A stretch of DNA of 62,267 nucleotides. Source: Girardia tigrina. Its lineage: Eukaryota. Made by a program: the position numbers and the translations under genes. Position 1 is the stretch's first letter, and each line of letters starts with the position of its first letter. The stretch is taken from the NCBI GenBank assembly GCA_001938485.1, contig MQRK01248532.1, positions 11,730 through 73,996 of the forward strand. The letters run 5' to 3'. Under the pieces are notes generated by a model. That model searched no databases, was not told the DNA's origin, and saw only the letters and a list, made by a program, of their open reading frames with translations. Positions 51,442 through 62,267 of the stretch are shown piece by piece.

Positions 51442-54400
51442 AATTATATAAAAAAAGCTTTAATCAAATTATATTTTCGAAATACTAAACTTGCGTTCAC
51501 AAGACTCAATATTATATAATTATAAATATAAATATAAATATAAATACAAATATAAATATAAATATAAAATAAATATAATTATAATTATAAATATAAATAT
51601 GAATATAAATAAAAATATAAAGTCCATTAATTTAAAACTTAATTAACGGTTGGAGATTTAGAAGAAACCTATCTTCTCTTAATAAATGAATGATCTACAT
51701 AAAATATCTACTGGCGTGAAAGAATATACAGTATACTCAAGGATTATTAATTATTTACCATAATTAAAAGCTTGCTGATGAGAGAATTAACATTTAGTTA
51801 GCCAAATTTCGTAATAAAATTATCATTTTATTCTGATTTTAGTTTAAAAAGATGTGGAAGCGCTGGCAAAAACCATTGTACACATAAGGTTAGATAGGTT
51901 CTTGATAATGGTAAATTGTATTGAAGGGGTGCTTCATGATATGATTGGTTATTTATTATTAGATTTTAATGAAATTAATTTTTTTATGACTTCTTGCAAA
52001 TGTTTAGATTGTAAATGAACACATTTTAATACGATTTGAGCATTTTTATTAGTCTATTTTACTTTTCGGTCGTTTTTAGGCTTTTTAATTTTAATGGCTA
52101 TTTTTAAGTCAATTGTATATTTAAATGTTCATGTTAGGTTGGGAATTAACTTCCCTTCTAAATCAAAAAGAAATTAAAACTTGCAAACTTTTTTCAAAAA
52201 CTACAACAGATTAAATTTGTTATTTAAACAAATTTTCATTTTTTTTATTTTCTTTGTTTTAATTATATTTTTCATTATTTTTTTTAATTTCGATTATAAT
52301 TCGAAATTTTAAAAAATCCAAAATTCCTATTTCCGAAGTTAAAAATTAACAACAACCCTCTTTTACAGTTCAATTTTTAATTTTTTGTCCATATTTCATT
52401 TTTAGTTCATTTTTACATATTTTCTATTCCTATATTTACAATTAAACACGTAATGTCATTTCTGAATCTTTTAATTTAAATTTAAAATGTCATAATAAAC
52501 ATTGCTTAAATAATATAAAAGATATAAATTTTTAGAAGGTTCTTGTAAATTATTTGGAATATTTCCTATGCAAAATAAAGCCATTAACATCACAACACTT
52601 GCGTCATTTAACAAATGAATTAGGAAGTAATATATTCTCTACTATTAAAAAAATTGGTTTTGCGAAATTTGTGATACGAAAATAGCAAATGAGAAGCGAT
52701 TTACAATGGAATGTTGAGGTTGCCTTCATTTATGATGATAACTTGACGCCTTAGAACACTTGGTGATGCTCGGAGACCCCAGGTTAACCATCCTTAACGT
52801 TTTATTAACTTATCCGACTCTCAATAATTTCACTTCCTCGGTGAATTACAGCTCTCTATCTGACATCTGCAAGCAGTGTTGGACTTCAAGTTGCTTTCAG
52901 GTTCAATGCGACAGTGAGTATAACCCGTTTCTGAGGGATATGAATTTAAATCTACACTATTTACATTGAAGTTATTCCTCCATCTCAGGTCAAATGCTCT
53001 TAATGCCATGATAGCACGCCGATCATCACTCTTGAGACACACGGGAACATTTGAATTTATGATTAATTTCTAACACCACAAGTGTGCTTACCATAAATAC
53101 TATTATATCATTTAAACATAAGTTCAAACATCTATATCAGTATTATTGTTAAGTGATTTTATTGCTAAATCGGTAGCTACAAACCAAAGAGAGTAGATGG
53201 TAATCGCTCAGAGCATGCTCAACGGCGCACTCGCATCACCCTCATAGATCCCTCATCTTCATTCGTTCATTGTTCCAAGAAATTGTTCCAAAAGTTCTGG
53301 AGAAATAAATGATTTATTGAATGATTGGATGGATGGAAAGGTTAATTGAATTTGAAATGGAATAGTATGAGACATGGAAAGAGAGAAGAATTGACACAAA
53401 TAAATCCGAATGAATTTTATCAACTATTTTTTCCGAAGATTCAAAATTTAAATAGCCAATGAATTTTGATTTCGATTATTCTATTTCATATGTTGAAACA
53501 AGATTGCACTTCTCCTCTATTAAATCCGTTTTATTTTGAAGTAAATTTATTCATATAATAAATGTCTCACTGGCATAGAAATGACAAATTAAGTCACTAT
53601 TGTTAATTATTAAAAAACAAGATGAAAATAATTATTATCATTGATTTAATGTAAAAATATTTCATATATTTATATTTTTAATTTAATTATTGTGAGGAAT
53701 ATTTTAAATTTGGTATTTTGAAAATGGTTTGTTGAATTTTGTATGTTGAGTTTAGTATTTGGAAATGTGCTTCTTTCACCGAAGTGGAAAATTGATATTT
53801 TAGATGTTCACAATAAATAATTATCGAGTATAATTTGCATTTTAAAGTACAGTATAAGATATTTAAAAAAAACTTTCAAAATATTAAATCGTTTAAAATT
53901 TGAATATTAAATTATTTTTGTAAAGTAAATAATTTTTAACTTATTTATAAATTCAATAAATATTTTTTTCTTTTTAAATAAAATCATTTTAAAATTAAAT
54001 TAATTTTTAGATCAAATTATTAAAAAAATTATAAAAGTAGAATTTATGAAAATAAAATTTGAAAATGATTTAAAATAAAAATTTGTTCGAATAATTGATT
54101 ATTAACGAGACATTAACAAAAAGTTATCAATTTAGTGAGATGTCTAATTATATATATACCCCGACAAAAGAGCCCACCAACATAAACACCACGACAAAAA
54201 CGACCAACGAGAAAAGAGCTCTTACATAAGCGTCCCGACAAGAACCCGAAAATATTATTTCTATTTTTTTTTAAATTCTCACTTAAAATATGTAAAATTT
54301 GATAATATAAAATTTTTGTTTAAATTTTTAACACGCATGATCATTATTTCTGCTATTACTATATTGTTTAAATCCCAAATATTAAACAACTTTTTGAATA

Positions 54401-54629
54401 TTTGCAAAAATATTTGTTAAACATATTATTTGGGATTTAAGCAGTATATAAATAGTAGAAATAGTGATACTTTCTGTTAAGAATTAAAACAAAAATTTTT
54501 ACAAAATTTCAAAGTTTTATAGTAAACAGTATTAATAATAACTCATTATATTTATACCAATAGTATTTAAATTTTAGAATGGCACCATGATTTAACAAAG
54601 TTCTAAAATTATAAAACTGATTTTTAATA

Positions 54630-55928
54630 TTAGGTGTACAACTAATTAATTTCGTATTTGTTACGAAATAACCTTATATTCGTATTTGTTACCTCATTTC
54701 ATATTTGTTACCTCATTTCGAATTTGTTACTAACCTCATATCTATTTATGTAGTCAATAGTCAATTTTATTGAATTTTAGTAAACACACAAATTTTTTTT
54801 ATTGCAGTCAAAATGTCAAATTACGTTCCAACAAAACAACATTTGCGGGGAGGTTTGCTTTTGTTATTTAATTTAAGGAAAAGTGCAACAGAAGCACATC
54901 GTTTACTCTCAGAAGCTTATCCTGAATATGCTCCAGAGGTTAGAGTATGTCAGCAGTGGTTTGCACGATTTAAAAGTGGCGATTTTGACACAGAAGACAA
55001 AGAGCGATCAGGTACATCAAAACAGTTTGAAGACAAAGAATTGGAGGCATTACTCGATCAATATCCATGTCAAACTCAAGAAGAACTTGGAAAAAACATT
55101 GGAAGTCACTCAACAAGCCATTTCTAAACGTTTAAAAGCAGCCGGATACATTCAGAAACAAGGAAATTGGGTGCCACACGAATTGAAGCCGAGAGACNTT
55201 GAGAGACGATTTTGCATGTCTGAAATGCTGCTTAATCGCCACAAAAAGAAACCGTTTTCACATCGTATTGTCACTGGCGATGAAAAGTGGATTCATTACG
55301 ACAACCCAAAGCGTAAAAAATCATATGTGAAGCCGGGCCAACCAGCCAAATCGACACCAAAGCCGAATATTCATAGTTTGAAGGTAATGCTCTGTATTTG
55401 GTGGGATCAGAAGCGTGTGCTGTACTATGAGCTGTTAAAATCGGGCCAGACGATCACGGGAGAGCTATACAGGCAACAATTGATACGTTTGAAGCAAGCA
55501 ATAGCCGAAAAACGGCCAGAATGGGCGACCAGACACGAGAAATTGATTTTCCATCATGACAATGCTCGGCCACATGTTGCAGTACCGGACAAAAATTATT
55601 TGGAAAATGCCGGATGGGAAATTCTACCTCACCCGCCTTATAGCCCAGACATAGCTTCTTTTGATTACCACTTGTTTCGGTCGATGTAGAATCACCTTTC
55701 TGGAATACGGTTCACCAATGTTGAAGGTATTAAAAAATGGCTTGATGACTTTCTCGGCGCAAAAGATGAGAAATTTTTTTTGGGATGGAATCCATAAATT
55801 GCCTGACAGATGGGAAAAGGTTGCCGCTTCCGATGGACAATATTTTGAATAAAATATTTTTTCACTTTTATATTTAAATAAATGGTTTTTTTAACAAAAA
55901 ATACGAAATTAATTAGTTGTACACCCAA
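54630..55928 (+). mobile_element. Full-length Mos1-like (mauritiana subfamily) mariner, frameshifted
   Basis: TIRs TTRGGTGTACAACTAATTAATTTCGTAT, TA flanks, ~1.3 kb; MSNYVPTKQHLR start, WVPHEL, TGDEKW, HHDNA, PPYSPDIA. Confidence 0.95.
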
Positions 55929-57009
55929 TAATATGGTTATTTATTATTTTTGTTAAGAAAATATTTTTCAACATGTAGTTTTGTTTTTATTTTGCACTAT
56001 TTGTATTGCAACTGTGATTGAACGTATTTGGTAGGGTGTACATATTTTATTTGTACACAAAAGTCGGGTTATTTATGTAACACAGTCCTTCTTCGATGGT
56101 TTTTCATTTTGTTCATGGTGATATTCATTGGGAAGAACATATAACATATAAGAACATCAACTTCTTTTCAAGATGTGATTTGTTTTCTCATAGACCATAA
56201 AAAGATGGAATGATCGGAAGGTAATGGGCGTCATTAAGGAACTACTTAAACAGAGTAGCATGATTATGGTTAAGAAATTTATGATCATTGTCGGGGATTC
56301 GAATACAAATGAAGAGCTGTGTGTTGATTTATAAACGGCTGTACTTAAGGAATTCAAACTATAAAAAGGGTGCCCTCAAATGGTGCTCCTATAAAGAAGT
56401 CATGTCAAAAATCAATCAGACAGAATTCATGACAATATAAAAGTGGTTTTTTAAAATATTATTTTTTATATTTATTTGTTTTACTTGAATTACGTTTTTA
56501 AATCTGAAACTTTTTGGAAGTTTATTTTTAAAAATTTTCTTTTAAAAATATACAAAAATGATTAATTTATAAAGTATTTGAAAAGAAATTTCGATTACCA
56601 AACAAAAGTTCAAAATATGAATTAATTTAAAAAACATTTCTAGCTAAAGATTAAAGCCAATGTTGAGAGGAAAGCAAATGAAAGTAGAGAATAAACAGAA
56701 GGAAGAGATTTTGTTTTTCAAATAAGATGTAAATAATACGAACAACTATTGCAATTTATTGCTTTACAGGTTAATGTGATCGGGAAAGTAATTCGTCTTT
56801 AAATAGTCACAACTAACACAAGTTTTCCCAGTTTTAATTAATTAACTTGTAAGATTAAAAGTGTTTCTTTAACAATTTAACCAAAAAAATGTTTCTATTT
56901 TCTAATTAAATTTATTTAATTCGATATTATTTTGATACATAGATACAATGGTAAAGTGTTAAAATTAACATATTTTACTTTATATAAAAATAAGAAAACA
57001 CCATTTTAG

Positions 57010-57253
57010 AATACAATTTTTTATTTCGACGGAATATCCGTCATCATCAGGCGATTTTGATTGTAGCTGTAAAGCTGATATATGTTAAAATGATGATTAT
57101 GCAATCAATTATGCAATTACTGTTTCACGCAAAAACTCTCAACAAAGTTGATGAGTCACTTGATTGGACATTAATTTCTGGATTAACCGCTTTAATAATT
57201 AATGCCTCACATGAAGCTCTTTCCCAATAGTTTTTAAAATTGTTGTATAAAAC
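57010..57253 (-). mobile_element. Penelope-like element 3' end (same family as 1030-1275) with hammerhead core
   Basis: High similarity to 1030-1275; EALIIKAVNPEINVQ; CTGATGA-T-GACGGA(TAT)TCCGTC-GAAA at 57024-57050 (minus). Confidence 0.85.
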
Positions 57254-57468
57254 AATTGTCATTTAGCTAAACGCATTTATTCCTCTAAGAAGTCAGCATT
57301 TGCAATTTAACACAAATATACTATTTAGCAGGTGAGAGTCTCGTTCGTTAACGGAATTAACCAGACAAATCACTCTACCAGCTAAGTACGGCCATGCACT
57401 ACCACCCACTGAATCAAGAAAGAGCTTTCAATATATAAATCTCACAGTGTCCGGACCGGGTGATTTTT
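57254..57468 (-). pseudogene. 18S rRNA fragment (~215 nt, 3' half of the SSU rRNA)
   Basis: Reverse complement contains TCACCCGGTCCGGACAC, GCTCTTTCTTGATTC, GTGCATGGCCGT, GATTTGTCTGGTTAATTCCG.TAACGAACGAGAC, CTGCTAAATAG and ACTTCTTAGAGG in canonical order. Confidence 0.93.
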
Positions 57469-57469
57469 T

Positions 57470-58075
57470 CATTTAAATTTTCATTTAAATATGATACCAT
57501 CTTTCATATTTAAATCAAAAATGCATGAATGTTTACTTTCCAATGATGTTAAAAGAATCCAGAAGAAGATATTAAGAAGAATGATCGAGAAAGAAAAGAA
57601 TGCTAGAAATCAATTGCAGAAGGAATTAGCGATAGTCGAAGCTGTGCTTTTTAATGTAAGTGATGATTATTGCTTTAAATTGTGTAATACTGTTTCATAT
57701 TTTATTTCTAACAAAGTTGTTTCTGATAAAATTGGTCTACAAAATAAAAAACTTCTCAATCTAAGAAAATTATTTGGTGTTTGAAATTTTAATGTAGATA
57801 ATACTATATTGAATTTAAGCAATGTTATTTTATCTAAGGAGGAAAAAGATTTATTAAAATTTGGACCAAAACATGTAATTCGCAATAAATTCCATAAATT
57901 TAAATTTCAAGGTTCAATTGAATCCATATATAATTTCTATTCAAATATTCCAGGATTAAAATTGGATTTTGATTATTTTAAAAACACGCTTTTTAAAAAT
58001 TCGTCAGAATATTTAAACAAAAAAACTTAAAACAAAACCATGATGATTTTAGAATTTTAAAAAACTTAAATTAAA
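57470..58075 (+). mobile_element. Penelope-like element N-terminal ORF fragment
   Basis: NLSNVILSKEEKDLLKFGPKH matches the NLS..L...E..LL..G..F motif upstream of PLE RTs. Confidence 0.7.
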
Positions 58076-58199
58076 CATAAATTAATTCAATTTTGAGCAA
58101 TAATTTTTTATTAAATTAGCATTATATAAAACGATTTATATTTGTAATCGAATAAATCTATAAGATATTGTTATTGTTAATTTTTTAATTTTCTAAATT

Positions 58200-59796
58200 A
58201 GGTATTTTGGTTGAAGTTTGTCGTAGCATGGCAGTTATTAAGGACAGAGTCAAAAAACATTTGAAATTCCTTCATAGATTCGCACTATTTCAATTCTAGG
58301 AATGACTACGCAGCACTCGGTGAACTGCCTAATCAGGAAGCTATTCAAAAAAGAATTAATCGAACAAGAAATGTAGTGAATAATACACCAGCACAACCTC
58401 TAGATGGAGCTTCTATCGAAATAAATGAAAATTATAAAAATTATGAAGATGAATCATTTTTATTATCTGATTCTGGATATGGCAATCGAGACAGAATTTT
58501 AATTTTTGCTAAAGGTAGTGTGAGAAATTGGATAAAACAAGTTGACAAAATCTTCGTCGATAGAACTTTTAAATTAGCTCCAAAACTTTTTGCCCAAATT
58601 TTTGTTATCATGTCTCAATGTGGTAATTATGTCGTACCAATTTTATACGCTCTTCTACCAAATAAAAAGGAGCAGACGTATACTCGAATGATTCAAATGA
58701 TAATTGAATCTTGGCCTACATTTCACCCTACAGCAATATCATTAGACTTTGAGGTTGCAATGATAAATGCTTTCTCTTTTGCTTTTCCTAATACCAGCTT
58801 ACAAGGATGTTTATTCTATTTAGTTCAAAACATAAGGCGTAAACTGGTAGACGAAGGCCTAATCAGTCGCTGTAATAAAGATGCAAATTTTGCTCTTATG
58901 ACGCGCATGATATCTGGCTTGGTTTTTGTTCTAATAGAGGAACTTGAAAGATCATTTGGAGTCTTGAGTAATAGTTTAAGTCAAGAATTTGCTAATATTT
59001 TAGATTACTTTGAAGATTATTATATTAGAAGAATGCTGTATAATAATGTACTTCGCCAGCCTCTTTTCAACCCGTCCATTTGGTCGTGTTATTTGAGAAC
59101 AATAAATAAGAATGTAGGACTTTGCCGAAGCTACCCACAGAAAATTGAATATTGAATTCGGGGCAGACCATCCTTCTCTTTGGAAGTTCATAGATGGATT
59201 GCGTATGATCCAAAAATCAGTTGATCAATTATATGAACAATCTCTTCGAGGAGATCAGCATACACCAAAACGAAAAAAGTATAAATTAGTTGATGAACGA
59301 ATTTTTGAAGTCGTCAATGACTTCAAAAATAGAGAAATACTAAAATTTGTATGAGGAATTGCATACAACTTTGTTATGGATTAAATAAAAGTATATTTTC
59401 TGAATTATTTTGTGTTTATATTAAAAATAATGTTGAGGTAGTTATTTAAATATATTAATAATTATTTATAATTTTTAATCAAAATTTTACATTACATGCG
59501 GATGGATCAATAAGTCTGTGACATGTTCCGTTTCCCACGTTTTAACTATAATTGCAATTCTATTCACATAAACGAACTTCTATAAATATACAATTCCGCT
59601 ATTTTACGCAAGTTGTGTCTCTTAATTTATGTTTGACAGCCATTGAAAGCAGACTAAAATTCCTAATTCATTTCAAATTATTTCATTTTATGCCAAAAAT
59701 CCTAATTAATAACAAATTATTTCATTTTATTCCTATTTCATTTAAATTCTAATTTCTGGCGTCGATATGTCCCGGCGTCGAAATGTTCCGTACCCG
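58200..59796 (+). mobile_element. MULE (Mutator-like) transposon, 5'-truncated and degenerate
   Basis: FVDRTFK, LYALLPNK, DFEVA, GCLFYL, HPSLWKFI; terminal sub-repeats GGCGTCGA(T/A)ATGT at 59758-59790. Confidence 0.88.
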
Positions 59797-61421
59797 GTTA
59801 AACTAGTTTAATGATTGCTAAATGTTTACTACAAATCATGAAACTACACATTTAAACTGGCGTTTAACCGTTAAATGTGTCAATCCCTAGCAATAATAAT
59901 ATATGGATAAATTTCCCAGCGTTGCTGAGTAGGAATCAGCTTGATTTTTACCATTTCTATGATCAATGTTTTAAATATCAAGCTACTTTAGAAATCAAGC
60001 AAGTTTAGAAATTTCAAAAATTCAAATTTTAGAATATCACCATTATATAATAAAGTTTTAATACTCTAAAGCTGATTTTTATTAATTTTCCTTAGTTAAA
60101 ATTACTTTCTTTACTGAAAGCAATTTTCTTTTGATTCAATACAAAAATATTCTTTATTGCAGGATCTTGCTTTTAAAATTGAATAAATCATATCTTTACC
60201 TTCTCCTTCATGGTACTATATCCGAATAGTCTGAAAAATTTCTCGAGAGCATAATTAAGAAGCTAGTTAATTTTCCAGTTCGCTGATCAAAATTTTAATA
60301 AATTAAAAAATTATTAGGAATTAAAATCAAATTCAAAATTTAAAATTAATACTTAGAAAGATACTTAAATATTTTAAATTTGAATTTATGAATTAAAATA
60401 TTATTTTAGTAGAACTGAGTTAATCAAAACAGATCTGAAAAAGTAGATTTAAAATTAAAAATTTTAGGCAAAATTTGATTTTTTTAAAATATTTATTAAT
60501 ATTTGTAAAAATTTATTTTTAAAATTTTAAATTTAATTAGCTAATTATTTTAGCTAATTAAAAAATAAATATATAAAATAAAAAAAATTGAATATTAAAT
60601 ATTAGGTACTTTCAAAAATTTCAAACAAAATATTTGTTTAAAACGCAAAATTAAAAACAGCATAAAGTATTTCATTTGAAAAACAAAATTAAAAAAACAG
60701 TATAAAACTATTAAAATTAACAAAATATTTAAAAAAAAATAATAGTAAAATTAAAAAAAATTTTATAAACGTCAAAGAAATTAAAAATTAAATATACGTA
60801 AAAAATATTTTCATAAATATTTTCATTAAAATTTTAAAATTAAAAAAATAAATATTATTTTGATTTGATAAAAATTTTAAAATAATCAAAGATCGGCGAA
60901 TTGATTATTAAGAAAATAGTTGAAAATTCTGTTTGAAAATTTCGTAAAAATGATTTTTGAAATTGATGTTACTAACGCAACTGACACAGAAAATAAATCA
61001 TTTGTAAAATTCAATGTAATTGAGAAATAAATGGTTATATTAATTTTATTATTAATTTTATTTATTTTTTAATCAATTTTAACACTTTCAAAATTGAAAA
61101 TATTAAATTTAAAAAAAATTGTTAATAAAAAAATTGATTTATAAATTAAGAACCAGTTGAAAGAATTTCTGCGACTCTAAAAGAAGTCAAATAAGAGAAA
61201 AAAGAGAAATCGATTTTCATTGTATAAATTATTCCTTTTTATTTACAATATAAACAGTTTTAATTTTCTGGAATTTTTTTTTAATTTTCAATAAGGCAAA
61301 CACTTTTAAATTATATATTTTCATTTTGTTAGATACATTTTTTGAAATAAATTTATTTTGATTTTTCATTTTTAAAAATAAAATCATTGGAAAAATTGGA
61401 TGATTTTTAACCATAATAAAA

Positions 61422-61568
61422 TCAATTATAAATAAAATTAAAATATCCAGGAAATAAAAAATAATTATTATTATTAAGAACACCAACATGGCTTTTCGAA
61501 CTTTTATTTTCAATACAATCAGAATTGTCTTTTGGACAACTCTCAGCAAAGCTTTCGTAATTCGACAT
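61422..61568 (-). CDS. Small Cys-patterned ORF family member (48 aa), function unknown
   Basis: caatttag-aacg-ATG; MSNYESFAESCPKDNSDCIENKSSKSHVGVLNNNNYFLFPGYFNFIYN*. Confidence 0.35.
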   Translation of the reverse strand: MSNYESFAESCPKDNSDCIENKSSKSHVGVLNNNNYFLFPGYFNFIYN

Positions 61569-61883
61569 CGTTCTAAATTGATAATTTTAGTTAATGTGTT
61601 TTAATAAACAATTATTCAAACAAAATTTTCATTATTTTCAGATTTTATTTTTAAAGTTCAAATTTTGTAATTTTAGTAATAATTTTATCTACATATTAAT
61701 TTTATTTAAAAAATTATTTTATGGAAAGAAAGAACATTTATTTAATTTGAAAATTAGTTAAAAGCTATTTACTTTATTTAAATTTTTAATATGAAAATTT
61801 GAAACGATTTATTATTTTTAAAGTTTTTTAAATATCTTATGCTGTACTTTACAATGCAAATTATACTCGAATAATTATTTATC

Positions 61884-62018
61884 GTGAATATCCAAAATAT
61901 CAATTTTCCATCTGGGTGGGAGAAACACATTTCAACACATTCTCATTTGAAACACATTCTCAACATACAAAATTCAACAAACCAATTTCAACATACCAAA
62001 TTTTAAATATTCCTCTCA
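61884..62018 (+). repeat. WW-like module of the dispersed two-module unit
   Basis: Homologous to 1856-1975(+), 22052-22150(-), 47426-47537(-) and 53691-53811(-); most end aaatattcctc. Confidence 0.65.
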
Positions 62019-62267
62019 ATTATCATAATTAGTTACATAATATTTTAGTAGGTCATTAATTCTAAAATGCATAGATTAGTTAAGTAATACATTTTGAGAT
62101 TAAACATTTCTCATATTTCGTAATGATAGATTATGATTTTTTATTGTAAATGTAAGTAGCGTTTATGCCACTTTCATTATTATCACATTCTAAAGTCATA
62201 ATTTAACACCACCAAAAATTTATTACTATAACAATTCACATTTCTAAAACAAATTTTCCTGTTAATT

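Overview
AT-rich, gap-containing eukaryotic (animal) genomic DNA, dominated by transposable elements and (TA)n microsatellites. The composition is compatible with a triclad flatworm, but that is inference only. The one host gene I can support is the 3' end of cytoplasmic dynein-2 light intermediate chain (DYNC2LI1): three small + strand exons (8319-8469, 21671-21762, 36626-36808) separated by ~13 and ~15 kb introns full of elements. Recognisable elements are Penelope-like (PLE) fragments, RTE-like LINE remnants, three Gypsy remnants, a very young 2-kb LTR element carrying one unfamiliar ORF, Tc1 (DD34E), a DD37E-type element, three mariners, pogo/Tigger, MULE, hAT and piggyBac-type MITEs, and an 18S rRNA fragment. 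The most notable unexplained signals are: (1) a dispersed, diverged two-module unit (5-6 copies) pairing a small Cys-patterned ORF, usually preceded by a conserved AG acceptor, head-to-head with a WW-domain-like segment; (2) a family of short repeats carrying minimal type I hammerhead ribozymes, two of which form a fold-back inside a host intron; (3) the young LTR element with a non-gag/pol ORF; (4) an apparent PLE-18S rRNA chimeric retrocopy. All calls are by eye; no searches were run.
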